From the human T2T-CHM13v2.0 reference genome, Homo sapiens: a stretch of 64,000 bases of DNA. The stretch lies in the NCBI RefSeq assembly GCF_009914755.1, contig NC_060926.1. One strand, 5' to 3'. A program made the translations under genes and the position numbers. Below are positions 24,916-38,523 of this stretch, piece by piece; positions within the stretch are counted from its first letter, which is position 1, and each line of letters opens with the position of its first letter. The notes beneath the pieces are model-generated. The model was given only the letters and a program-made list of their open reading frames with translations. It was not told the DNA's origin and searched no databases.

Positions 24916-25589
24916 ATGCTAGTAAACAACTTCCTGCTAAACTGAACTGGCAGGAGGCATTGCCTAAAACTAATTTTTTTTTTTTTTTTTAGATCATTCT
25001 TATCGGGCAACTCCTGCAAACCAGAATAGGTTGGGAGATTCCTAAAAGTAATTTTTAATTATAAAATTCTCTCTTTTTCCTCCTTTCCAGAATTGTCTCG
25101 AAATAATTCAACCTAAAAACTAGCCCTCGAAAGCCCGTGAGACTCTATGACTCCCTACGCTTATGGCTGAGCCCCAGTGCTGCACCATCGCCATCACCGC
25201 GTGTGCACACACGTGGACTGGTGCCTAGAACACAACTATTGTTAGGTAAATGCTCAGGAACTGGCTTTTACATATATGTACTTGGCAAGGTCATAGGAGG
25301 AAAGAGATGGAGCAAAGGATTAAGACCAAAAAAAAAAGGAAAGTATTATGCCACTGAGTAAGTGTTCCGGAGGTGCAGAAATCAGAATATTTGATAGTCT
25401 GGAGAGGAACGTCGCTAGGGGCAATGACCTGAAATCAAGCGAAGGAAATGTGGAGCGGAGCAGGAAATTTCCCAGTTGGTCTGTCACACTAGGCTTGACA
25501 GCCCCGAGGAGCCAGCGGAAGTGCATGTCATTAAAAAGCTCTCGCAGTTACACGCTGCTAATGGGAATAATCCCATTTTGCTGGGATTA

Positions 25590-25725
25590 GAGAATGTCTG
25601 TTAGAGCTGACAGTTCTTCCCCTTCATTTTTCAGGTGAGAACACTGGGACCCAGAAAGGGAAAGCACCTTTGCAGGATCACAACATCAAACTTGAACCTG
25701 ATTCAGTGCACTAACTCCACCTCCC
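25590..25725 (-). mobile_element. MIR fragment
   Basis: catttttcaggtgagaacactgggacccagaaagggaaag. Confidence 0.65.
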
Positions 25726-25883
25726 CACCTCCCATTCCCTAGCCAGCCCCTGGACTCCCCCAGGGATTTCCCTATAATGACCTCCAGGCAACCGTGGACA
25801 ACTTGCCGCCTACATCTTACTTGCTGTGAGCGTCTGGCACCTTTCACCACTCTTCCTCTGGAAACACCCCTTCTTGCCGCCAC

Positions 25884-25925
25884 GCCCCGCCCCCGCCCCC
25901 GCCCCGCCCCGCCCCGCCCCGCCCC
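25884..25925. repeat. (GCCCC/GCCCCC)8 GC-rich tandem repeat (GC-box array; G4-forming potential on the minus strand)
   Basis: Eight units directly visible, each creating a CpG. Confidence 0.95.
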
Positions 25926-26305
25926 TGCCCAATGAGGTCCCCACTCTGGTTGTCTTTCTGCTTCTCCAGCAGGTGCTTCTCAGTTGCTTTCAGCAGAGGT
26001 CTCTCAAGGCTTGTCCTAGCCCTTCTCTTCTCCCCACTCACACCCACCCTGTGTGATTGCAGCCTCTACCATAGGGTTGGCATTCCCAGAATGATAGACC
26101 TATCCCAGGTCTCTCATCTCATCCCAAACTCAAGACTCCAGCTTCTCGGTGGGTCTCTCAAAATCAACACAGCCGCACCTGAACACCCATGCTGCTCTGC
26201 TCCATTCTTTCCCACCCCGGAAAAGAGGCCACAATCCACCTGGTGCCTAAGCCAGAACTCTGCACATCATCCTTGACCCCAGCATCTCCTTGTCCATTCC
26301 GCCTC

Positions 26306-26306
26306 C

Positions 26307-26339
<33 letters not shown>
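26306..26339. repeat. (CT)n microsatellite
   Basis: Directly visible. Confidence 0.95.
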
Positions 26340-27439
26340 TTCATCAGCCCACTTCTTTCCACCATCATGGGCCACACCCTGGCCAGCTCCTAGTCCCTGC
26401 CCGGCCCACTGCCACAGCCTGCTTCCAGCTTCCAGCCCGGCCTGTATCCCCAGTGCCGCAAGTCATCCTTTGTGACAGAGAGATCTTTTGAAAGTGAAAA
26501 GCAGAGTCTGCTATTCTCATCCAAGATTCTTCATTTTATCCCACTCCCCTTAGCATAAAGGCCAAAGGCCCTGCACTATCTGGCCTCTGGGGACCTTTTC
26601 AGCCTCATGATGTAACACTCCCAATCTCCCTCCAGTCCCTCCCATCCTGTCCCCACTCCCTCCCACACACACACTTACTTGGTTCCAGGCAGTTCAGGTT
26701 TTTGAATTTAACCGAGATTTTTTCTGCCTCCGGGTGTTTGCACAAGTCCCTCCTTCTCTTACCCTACACCTCCTCCCTACTCCAGACTACTGTTCATCGC
26801 TCAGATTTAAGCTTAGAAACCTCCTCCTCCAGGCAGCCTCCGCTGGCCCCCAAAAGAGGTTGGATCTGGTTATATTCTCCTTTTTCTTTATCATCCTTTT
26901 CCAAGGACCTAAAATTATCTGTGTGACGGTGCCTTACTCCTCTAAACCATGAGCTCCAGGAGGGTCGGAGATGTGCCAGCCTAGTTTGTCACTGTTCCTG
27001 GGAGCCAAGCACAGAGCAAGGCAGGCAGCAGATACTCAACAAATATTCTGACAAAATGAGGGAGGTGATCACTGCATGCAGATCTAGCAGTGGGGGCTCT
27101 TCCCACCCTTCTCTTTTGTCTCCGTTTAAGAGGGAGGCTTGAGTGGGTAATGAAAAGCACCACAATGGAACCTGGAGAAGCTACTTGACTCACACACTAA
27201 GCAAACGCTGGGTCCAAGTCTGGGGACATGTCAAGGTGAGCAGATGGCTGGGAGACTGGGCTCTACAAAGGCAGATGTTCAGTGAGCAGCAGCACCGGGC
27301 AGACCCAACGACTTCACGGGTGATTCCTATGCAACCGGAGAGGCATTTCTTAGCTAGAAAAGCTTACTGTTCTCAAGGGAGCATCAGACTGAGACCCATA
27401 GAAATAAGAAACTTGGAAATAAGAAACCTCATTTTCAAC

Positions 27440-27626
27440 ACCTCAGATCTGCTAACCCTGGCATACTGCTGCCGTGTGTCCTTGGTGAGCTATTCAACCT
27501 CTCTGAGCTTGTCTCCTCACTCATAAAATAGAGACAATGCTGTTCAGTCTGCATCAGAGGGCTGTCATGAGAATAAAATAAGCTGTGTGTCTGTGCGTGT
27601 GTGGGAAGCAGTTTTGTAAACTATAA
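27440..27626 (+). mobile_element. MIR SINE
   Basis: gtgtgtccttggtgagctattcaacctctctgagcttg...agggctgtcatgagaataaaataag. Confidence 0.75.
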
Positions 27627-28643
27627 TCCACAGTTCAAAGATGATGGGGACTGCAGCAGCTGGGCCCAAACTCTTGCAAAAAGAAGGAGCATGCAGACAG
27701 AAGAACTCACTTGGGTCTCAGCCTAAGTGAATGTGGCAGGGGTTTACTTGTCTGCCCAGAAAACTCAAGTGTTCCTGGCACTACAAATTACCTGGGCTCT
27801 GGACAAATGCAACAGCAGGGTTTCAGATTTTATGAGGACTCTAGGGCTTCAAGAGCTCTCTGGGGGTAGGGATGACATCCTTCACAGAGCAGGCAGGACT
27901 GTGCTCACTTCTCTCTGAAAACAGCAGGACACACATGTGAGTTGGGCCGTGCGACTTGTTTAAAGCTACCGCCTCTCATTACAGCCTGCTGTAACAGTCT
28001 CCTTTCTTCCTCCAAGTCCCTTGAACCCCAGGTCTGTCTACTTGACAACAACACAAAATCTTCCTGGCTCTTTTTCTATCCCTAGTCTAACCTAACCAGG
28101 ACAATCAGAAATATCCTGAATTTGCATAGGTTTGCTGTTCCCAGGAAATTCAAGGAACCACCTTTACTTCAGCATTCAAATAACAATGGCTCCATACCTT
28201 CATTCTGTCTACAATGGAAAATTCAGCGTTTCCTACTCCCAGTATTCCCCAGAATCTGGGGGAACTTCTTCGTCATTGTTGTTAGCATCTTGCTTTTCCA
28301 TACTCCTCTTCCCTGCTTCCCTCAAATTGTCTCCACATCCGTGTCTCGCCTCCTGCATCTAGTCTCTCCATTGCGTTCTGATCTAGACCCAGCCTGGAGC
28401 ATGGCCTCTTTTCCTTTGATTTCCCAAAGCAACCAAAATGAAAGTTTATATGTATGGCTGAGTTGTACTATAGGTTTAGGCATCAGGAAGCAGAAGAAAT
28501 TTATGGCACATCTCAGCCCAGCAAACACCCAAAAACTGAATGAGCACCCAACTTCTTAGAAGTCCCTGAGCCATTACCACTGCTGGATTTTCCTCACCTC
28601 AGGCCACCAGGTACCTTTGCCACATTGCTTAGGCCCCCTGCAT

Positions 28644-28865
28644 GAGGCACTGCGGTGTTGGGTTAAGAGAACAGCTGCTAGAGTTACAATGCCTGTGAGC
28701 AAATTCTTACTTAGACCAGTGACCATGAACAAAATACTTAACCTATCCATCACCCTATTTTCCCATCTACAAAATGAGCATAATATTAGCACAGACTTCG
28801 TGGGGTTGTTGTGATAATTAAGTGAGTTAAAATAGCCAAAGCACTTACAACAATGCGGGGAATGC
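28644..28865 (+). mobile_element. MIR SINE
   Basis: gtgaccatgaacaaaatacttaacc...catctacaaaatgag...gggttgttgtgataattaagtgag. Confidence 0.85.
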
Positions 28866-29129
28866 CAGCCATGACTATCGTCTATTCTCTATCCACATTC
28901 TGCCTCTCAGCTGCCTCCATAAATTACAGATGTTCCCGACTTCCTATGCAGAGTGCTTCAGCCCTTTGTTTCTCCTGAATTCACACGATCATGTTCAGGG
29001 GAGTCTCATCTTTCATGTTCAAAATAACCCTCAACACAGCACGACCCATCCTAGAAAGGAATCCTACCCTTGCTACTCAAAGTCCCATCCTTGAGCCAGT
29101 AGCTTCTGTTTCCTCTGGGAGCTGGCTAG

Positions 29130-29210
29130 AAAGACCTAATCAGACTCTGCTGTTTAACAGATCCTCAGGTGATTCAAATGCACATAACTGCCATGTGAGA
29201 AGCAGTGGAC
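29130..29210. mobile_element. MER5-type hAT MITE fragment
   Basis: tttaacagatcctcaggtgattcaaatgcac...tgagaagcagtg. Confidence 0.55.
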
Positions 29211-29321
29211 AAGACTGCTTTCCTAGAAGGGAAATGCAGCTGCAGCAAGCTGTGGGCGTAAATAGCATTATTTGTCTCTGTGCCAGCCTCACTGAGCAAC
29301 TGCTTGGTGGAATGGTGATTT

Positions 29322-30093
29322 TTTTGTATTATTATTATTTTTTATTTTAATTTAAGTTCCGAGATACATGTGCAGAACATACAGGTTTGTTACGTAGGTA
29401 TACGTGTGCCATGGTGGTTTGCTGCACCTATTGACCCCTCCTCTAACTTCCCTCCCCTCACCCCCCACCCCTCAACAGGCACTAGTGTGTGTAGTTCTCC
29501 TCCCTGTGTCCATATGTTCTCATTGTTCAACTCCCACTTATCAGTCAGAACATGTGGTGTTTGGTTTTCTGTTCCTGTGTTAGTTTGCTGAGGATGATGG
29601 CTTCCAGCTTCATCCATGTCCCTGCAAAGGACATGATCTCATTATTTATTATGGCTGCATAGTATTCCATGGTGTATATGTACCACATTTTCTTTATCCA
29701 GTCTATCATTGATGGACATTTGGGTTGGCTCCATGACTTTACCATTGTAAATAGTGCTGCAATAAACATATGTGTGTATGTGTCTTTATAGTAGAATGAC
29801 TTACATTCCTTTGGGCATATACCCAGTAATAGGATTGCTGGGTCAAATGGTATTTCTCATTCTAGATCCTTGAGGAATCGCCATATTGTCTTCCACAATA
29901 GTGGAACTAATTTACTTTCCCACCAACAGTGTAAAAGCGTTCCTATTTCTCCACAGCCTTGCCAGAATCTGTTGTTTCTTGACTTTTTAATAATTGCCAT
30001 TCTGACTGGTGTGAGATGGTACCTCATAGTGGTTTTGATTTGCATTTCTCTAATCAGTGATGTTGAGACTTTTTTCATATGTTTGTTGGCTGC

Positions 30094-30095
<2 letters not shown>
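29322..30095 (-). mobile_element. L1PA (PA8-like) 3' segment of a 5'-inverted insertion
   Basis: T-rich tail, primate L1 3' UTR, ORF2 C-terminal peptides ([22 protein letters not shown]; MFIAALFT...KCPSMIDWIKKMWYIYTMEYYAAI). Confidence 0.96.
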
Positions 30096-30801
<706 letters not shown>

Positions 30802-31104
30802 TAGTGTTTTCATACTTCTCAGAGCTCAGCAACAGAGGCCAGTTAGTTCTTTGCCCATTTATTCACTAAACAGGAAGCAGCTGCTTGAGGATGAATACAA
30901 AAAATCTAGAAGACCAGGATGGTTTCCTTGAAGATTTGGACTTTGTGTCAAGAAGCAGGGTACCTAGACAGAGGCATTGGCCTTAAGGAACAATATAAAG
31001 TGGAATGAAATCAATTGGCTTAAAAGAGCACTATAAAAGGTCAGTGATCTTAGATGAACCTCAATGTACCTTCCAGCTGCCAACCTGTGCTTTGATGATG
31101 TTAA

Positions 31105-31942
31105 GCTTAAGTTTTTAAAGCATGATCTAAGGACTTTATGAACCACTTAAGAAGCTTGCTAAAAATGCAGATTCTGAGACTGGAGAAGAGGGTCTGGAGG
31201 CAGGGAACCTAAGGCTGTTTCATACCAACTTCCTGTAACTAAGTTGAAAGAAAACCCTAACATTCCATACCTAAGTAACAAAAGGACCAGAGGCTACTCC
31301 TTTTGCAAACCCCCCACCTTTTCTGCATGGCAGATGGGAAATTGACTGTCTGCAACGAATCAGACTGATTGCAGGCCAACTCTTCGTTGGCAACTTTGTA
31401 ACTTCACCTTAGCCTCTGATTGGCTGCTTTTTGCAACCAATCAGATGTCTGCACAGGAATGTGACCTTTGTAACTCCACTTCAGCCTCTGATTGGTTGCT
31501 TTCAACCACCAATCAGACCAGTTGCAGGCTCCCACTTCATTTACATGAGGTGAGCGTGAGGTGGCCATAGGGGAACCTATTGGGGGTATTTGGACCCAAG
31601 AAGATTCGGTATCTGGGCCCTTAAGCCACTGCTGGGGCCCGCTCCCACACTGTGGAGGGTATTTTTGTTTTCAATAAAACCTTGCTTTTGGTTTTTCGTT
31701 GCTTCATTGTTTCTTTGCTTTGCAGGGTGTTTTGTCCAGTTCTTCGTTCAAAACGCCAAGAACCTGGACTACTTTCAGTCAAGACCCTCTTGACTAGTAA
31801 CAATTCCTAGCCTAACTGACCTGCTGAGTCAGAACCTGGCATGGAGCTCAAGACTCTACATTTTAACCCCCATTCCCCTCCATCCATATTCACTCACCCA
31901 ATCCAGTGTATTTGATGCACCCTAGAGTTTGAGACCAACAGG
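31105..31942. mobile_element. MER5-type MITE split by an ERV1 LTR
   Basis: gcttgctaaaaatgcagattc | ctagcc...tgagtcagaac...ctacattttaac...tgatgcacc...gtttgagacc. Confidence 0.7.
31175..31802 (+). mobile_element. ERV1 solo LTR, MER51A-like (628 bp)
   Basis: TG...CA ends, perfect 4-bp TSD attc (31171-31174 / 31803-31806), agggtctggaggcagggaacctaagg start, AATAAA at 31673. Confidence 0.92.
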
Positions 31943-31949
31943 TCCAGTA

Positions 31950-32170
31950 TGCCAAGGTTAAAAAAGAGTAATGGGTTCAGAGCCAGATGCCTGAATTGTA
32001 ATCTCAACTTCGCCATTCGCTGGCTGTATTAGCTGGGGCAAATTGCTTAACCTCTTTGTGTTTACATTTTCTCATCTATGAGATAAGATGTTAGGAGTCT
32101 TAGATTAGCTAAGACATCTAGAAATCAGAACAGTGCTTGTTTAAAGTAAATGCTGGATAAATATTGACGA
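31950..32170 (+). mobile_element. MIR SINE
   Basis: ggggcaaattgcttaacctctttgtg...ctcatct...agaacagtgc. Confidence 0.8.
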
Positions 32171-32421
32171 TTTTGTTACAATCAGAAGAGATGACATCCC
32201 TAAGAGCTGAACACTCTTTGTGCCACAGAGTCCTGCATGCCTGGTTTTAGGAGCCAGGAGACAGCCTAGAGCCTCCTGGCCCACAAATCTGCGGATGCTA
32301 AGCCCCACAAAAACCTGTGGAACTCATATTTTCTTTGCTCCCATGTGAACATCTCTGGTAATGAAAAATCCCCAGCCCCACTATTTGGCTGGGAAATGCT
32401 TACCCAGTTAAGAGCGTAAGG

Positions 32422-32634
32422 CAGTGGTTCTCAACCTTGGCTATGTACTAGAATGACCTGTGGGGTAAGTGGGGAAGGAGAAGGCTAAAAATACTGATGC
32501 CTTAAAAATACTGAGGCCCCAGCCCCAGCCCCAGAGATTCTGCTGTTCTGGATATTCTGGGATTTGACCTGGGCATTTGGAATTTAGAATGCTTTCCAGG
32601 TGAATCCAACATGCAGCCAAGGTTGAAATGACTG
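32422..32634. mobile_element. MER5A-type hAT MITE
   Basis: TIRs cagtggttctcaaccttggct / agccaaggttgaaatgactg; ccccagagattctg and ccaggtga motifs. Confidence 0.88.
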
Positions 32635-33684
32635 ACATAGAGTGAAGTTACAATTCAGTGGTAGGAGGTAGAGTTTCCCAGGGTGGGGAAGGGATGTATG
32701 ATTAGTCTTCCAGGATACAGATGGACCCTCAGCTAGGACATCTCAGCAACTTGGAGGCTGGTCTTAAACCTCTGAGGTGGAAACTGTCATCTCTTTCTGG
32801 GCTTTATGGTCTTGGATCTGCCTGTAGAGGTCTGGACAAGTTTGAGGTGTCAAGTTCAAAGGTAGCATCTGCCACAGGAAATCAGGCTGACAGCCAGGCA
32901 TGGTAACAGTGGCATGGAGACCCCAAAAGGAAGGTAGTTAAGTCAACTATCTATTACGTGTGTATCTATTTCCTCTTGAGAAAACTTATTTGAATATATA
33001 AACCTTAGGAAAATAAACAGGCTGTGTCCTACTTGAGATTGAACATGAAAGGCTAGTTTAGGGTTTGCAAGAGGATCTTCATTTCAACCTCTTAGAAGGG
33101 AAAATGAGTCCCAAGAATAATAAGTCAGAGAGGTGAGGGTCAGCCCCCCCACATATATTCTCCTTCCATTGATAACCTCAGACAATTGACAGGGGTGGTG
33201 GGCGAGGCTTCAAAAGGAATAGTAGTTTTTCTAATAGCATCTTGAAGTACACAGTCTATTTGGGGGTCCTATGGTATAGTCTGAGGCCTCGTTCTAGGAA
33301 AGCTGGGCCAGTGCATTTCAGGGTCAACTGCTGGAAGAACAACTGGTCAAGGCCTAATTTGTGGGTAGAGACTGAGGCCCGGGATATGGACAGCGGTGGT
33401 TGGGTTGGGCAAATTATTGGGGCATAGTGGAAGAGGCTGATGACCTTTCAGGGTGAATATCTTCGTCCAGCTCATCCTGATCCTTCCCCTGAGCTTGGTG
33501 ATGGTACAGAGTCAGGAGCCCTTGGGAGTCTGAAACCAACACCTCTGCCAAGTCCAGAAGTAGATCCAGACATGAAAACTGCCAAGGAATAACATCTCCA
33601 AATGTCCAGAAATAAGCCAAAATTAGCTGTGGGTAGAAAGTGTAGATTGCCTGCCCAGCGTCAATTCTCCTTGTTCTTCCTGAA

Positions 33685-34529
<845 letters not shown>

Positions 34530-34656
34530 ATAGACAACTGGGTAAGAAGTCAGATGGGTCTGCTATTGCCTAGGCCATGCCACTCCCCAATTGCCTGTAT
34601 ATTCTAACTACATTGAACAGAGTACTTTCTGCTTTGTGTGTGACTAAACACTATTT

Positions 34657-35165
34657 GTATTCATTAACTACTGTTACCTATTAAATTATCTCAAAACTTA
34701 GCAGCTTGAAACAACAAGCATTTTTTGGTTCATAGTTTCTGTGAGTCAGGAATTCATGATTGTGGCTTGGTTGGGCAGTTCCTCATCAGAGTCTCTCAAT
34801 GAGGTTGCAACCATGACATGAACTACAGCAGCGTCCATCTGAAGGCTTCACTGGGGCTGGAGGATCCAGTTCAAGGGTGGCTCATTCACATGGCTGTTGA
34901 CAGGAGGCCTCAGTTCCTCATAATCTCCACAGGGCTGCTTCAGTGTCAGTAACAGGCAGCTGGCTTTCTCCAGAGCAAGTGATGAGAGAAGTGAGAAGCT
35001 GTAGTACCTAGCCTAGCCTTGGAAGTCATACACCATTACTTCTGCTGCATTTGGTTAGTTAGAATTAAGTTACTAAGCTGAATGCAGTAAAGAGGAGAGG
35101 AATTCGTCTACCTTTCGAGGGGATGATTGTCAAAGGATGAGTGGGCATGTTTTACAACCACTGCA
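34657..35165 (-). mobile_element. MaLR LTR (MLT1F-like)
   Basis: aaaacttagcagcttgaaacaacaa...catagtttctgtgagtcaggaattc...ggggctggaggatcc...ttggaagtcatacacc. Confidence 0.85.
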
Positions 35166-35460
35166 TGCTTCATCCTTCAGGTTTCAGCTGAAAGGACCTC
35201 ACTGCCAGAAATCTATCTCTGACCCAGAAACATCAAGGGATTTAGGGCTGTCCTCTGGCCTTCCACAGCACCCTGTGCCCACCTCTATCACCACGCTTTG
35301 CTCTCTGCCTAATTGCTAGTTTCTAATCCACCTTCTCCCGAGCTCACACACACAGAAAACTGGAAACTCCTAAAAGGCAAGGGCTGAGTATTATTCACTG
35401 TCATATTCCCAGTGCCTAACAAAATGCTCATGCCTGAGAAGAGTCTCAGTAAATTTCTAC
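35166..35460 (+). mobile_element. L2 3' fragment
   Basis: aaactcctaaaaggcaaggg...ttattcactgtcatattccccagtgcctaac. Confidence 0.7.
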
Positions 35461-35549
35461 TTTAAAAAGGTACCCAGCTCTGGTTCTTACTAGCTGAGTG
35501 TTTCTTGGTGAGTCAATCCCTATCTGTTGGGCTTCATATTTCTCACATA

Positions 35550-35971
35550 CAGTTCATGCTTAAACAATTTAGGAGTTAGGGATACAGTCAAAAACCTGTG
35601 TATTACTTTTGACTCCTCCAAATCTTAACTACTAACAGCCTACTGCTGATCAGAAGCATTACCAGTCACATAAACCATCGATTAATATTTTTTATATGTG
35701 ATAGGTATTATATACTGCATTCTTACAGTGAAGTAAGCTGGAGAAAAGAAATATTACTAAGAAAATCCTAATGAAAATAAAATATTGATTAAGTGGACAT
35801 GGATCATTATAAGGTCTTCATCCTCATCATCTTCACATTGAGTAGGCTGAGGAGGAGGAGGAAGAGAAGAGGAAGAAGACCCTTGCTGTCTTCAGGGTGG
35901 CAGAGGCAGAAGAAAATTCACATATAAGTGGACCCACACACTTGAAACCCATGTTGTCCAAGGGTCAACTG
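35550..35971 (-). mobile_element. Tigger2a-like TcMar element
   Basis: TA-flanked TIRs cagttcatgcttaaacaa / ttgtccaagggtcaactg; cacattgagtaggctgaggaggagg motif; sits inside a MIR remnant. Confidence 0.88.
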
Positions 35972-36071
35972 TATACTATAAAGGTGATGAGTTATATCAT
36001 CATTTCCCAGTGGGTCTGCAGTGGGATCTGCCGATGATAATAAATGTGAGACAAAAAACTAATTCCATGGT

Positions 36072-36542
36072 TGTATCAGTTATCTATTACTGAGTAATAA
36101 GTCCTCATGAAAGGCAGGTCTTAAAATAACAATGATTTGGTTTCCTTACATTCTGTGGATTGGCTGGGTTCAGCTGGGTAGTTTTTCTGCCTCATGAGAG
36201 ACTCCAGTTGTATATGTATCTACATTCACCAGGGAATGTGGCTGGGCCTGGAATATCCAAGGCGACCTCTTATCCTTCAGAGCCTCCCTTCATTTGACTC
36301 ATCATCATTTAGGAATCTAGACCAAACTTCGTTACAAAATAGCAGGTGGCTTCTAAAGGAGCAGAAGCAGAAGCTGTCAGGCCTCCAAGGGCACACCCTA
36401 GAACGAACACAGTGTCACTTCTGCCCAATGGTCGGTCTAGGTTTAAGTGTAGAGGAGAGTCTAACTCATGATGGGAGGAGTGGCCTGAGTATAGAAGGAT
36501 AAGAGGGATCATTGATGGCCAATAATCAACAAATCTACAACA
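36072..36542 (-). mobile_element. MaLR LTR (MLT1H-like)
   Basis: tgtatcagttatctatt start; tggctgggttcagctggg; cagtgtcacttctgcc; aatctacaaca end. Confidence 0.8.
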
Positions 36543-37759
36543 GTGATCAAAGAAATTTAGAAAATAAGTGGTTAAACAAAGAAAAGAGGTTGATTGCTTT
36601 GTTTTACTTGAAGGAATTTTCGAAGTTTTTAAAATGCTTATTGGAAATTTCCAAAAAGACAATATTGTATACAAAGTTTTCCAAATGTATCAGACCATGG
36701 ACCTCTTTTTTCTTTTTCTGTTTTTTGTCTTTTCATCTTGAAAAATTGATATTACTCAAACCTGAAAATATTTAATGACTCTTCCAGACTTAAAAACCTT
36801 TTGATTTCCAGACAGAGTAGGTTTTTTTCAATTTGAATGAGGGGGGAAAATGGCCAGGTCAGAAAGCCCCTGGCTTCAAGTTTCTTTTGTGCTGTAAACT
36901 ACGGAAAGAGTGTGTCCTCCTTTCTTCCTGGTTCCTTAACTGGCTTCTTTTTGGCTAACTGAACTCTCTTATCCCTTATTCTCTCCTGCTGTGAGTGGTT
37001 CTTGCCTTTGCTAAGGGTTTGAATATGCATTCAAAGTGAAAGGAGTGGATCTTTAATTTCAATGATAAGAAAGTCACTGTGAAACGTTGCAGACTGCAGA
37101 AAATAGACCTGTTCCTAATACCTCCTTGGTAAGCTAATACCTCCTGGAAAGCTGAATTGTCTTTGTCGGCTTATCAGTTGGAGTTAGGCCCACCCATCAG
37201 GGTGGCTCCATTCCTGGTACATATTCTGCCCCATTCCCAGCTCATGCTCTGCACGGGTGGGGACATCATTGTCTGAGTAGAGCTCCCTACCTGCTGAGAA
37301 GACCTGACAGGGACACAAGGCTGAAGTTGGGTCCTGCTGTCTTCCCATACTCCGGAGGCCACCTGGTGCTTAATGATCTCCCAGGAATAGAATAGAAGAC
37401 AAGTCATTTTGTTATGTTTCTCTTTAACAAATACAGGTTGCTTTTTCATCTTTTTCCATGGATAGGGAGGTAGAGGGAAGAAATGGGCAGGAATAGAGAC
37501 AAAAGGGATCTGCGGGTTTTCCTTATCTGTGTTCTCTGGGTTCCCTACGACCATTCTAGTTTTATTCTAGAATCTTTGGAAAACACAGAGAAATAGAATG
37601 AAAATAAAACTTGCTCATAATTCCATCATCCAAAATTAATATTGTTAATACTTCAGGTATATTTCCTTTCAGAACTTTATTGTTTGTACATATACAATCT
37701 TGCATACAATAGTCTGCCCTTATCCACATTTCAGTTACAGTGCATAGCACAATAAGATA

Positions 37760-38003
37760 TTTTGAGAAATAAAGAGAGAGAATACATTTTTGTAACTTTT
37801 ATTGCAATACGTTGCCATAATTATTCTATTATTGGTTATTTTTGTTAATCTCTTACTGTACCTAATTTATAAATTAAGCTTTATCACAGATATGTATGTA
37901 TAGGAAAAACATAGTATAGATAAGGTTTATTGCCATCCAGGGGTTCTGGCATCCACTGGGGCCCTTAGAAAATATCCCCTGAATATAAGAGGAAACCACT
38001 TTA
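37760..38003. mobile_element. MER44A/Tigger7-type fragment
   Basis: gttaatctcttactgtacctaatttataaattaa...tatgtatgtataggaaaaacatagtata...ggcatccactgggg. Confidence 0.88.
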
Positions 38004-38004
38004 T

Positions 38005-38029
38005 ACACACACACACACACACACACACA
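38005..38029. repeat. (AC)n microsatellite
   Basis: Directly visible. Confidence 0.95.
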
Positions 38030-38523
38030 TATTTTTAACAAAATTGAGAACATGCTGTATGTAATTTTGTGTCCTATTTTCATGAAGAGAACTTGGTTAT
38101 TTTGGCTGTATCATATTCCATCTTCAGTTGTATCTTTCCCTGTGTTACTTGTATATGTCTGTCACTTTGCATGTCTGCCATCAATATTTGTTCATAAGCC
38201 TTTGTGTCTGTGATTATTTCATGAAGCAGTATTCCTAAACAATGGAATTACCTGAGGATATAAAAAGTTTCGAGGCTCATGATGCACATGAAGAAATTAC
38301 ACTTGAGAAAAGTACAACATTCTATTTCAATTAGCAATATGTGATAGTGCCCTTTCAATCACTGCATTACTGATATGACAGATTATTTTATTCTTCTAGT
38401 ATGAAAAAGAAAATTGGTATTTGTCTTCTGTGCTAATTTCCATCTCATTGACTAGTAGCAAGAATGACATTTTTATATGTGTATCTGGTCCCTTTAATTT
38501 ATTTCACCAATTATGTAACCATA

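Larger units (their letters stand above)
25780..27060 (+). mobile_element. Fragmented L2 LINE (ORF remnant to 3' end)
   Basis: Pyrimidine-rich L2-like segments accactcttcctctggaaacac, gcataaaggccaaaggccctgcac, ccatgagctccaggaggg...actcaacaaatatt. Confidence 0.7.

Noticed and set aside
25844-26056. Pro-rich and Gly/Arg-rich ORFs
   Set aside because: Translations of the (GCCCC)n repeat inside L2
28122-28559. Longest ORF in the window (145 aa)
   Set aside because: TTG start, no recognisable homology, within chance expectation
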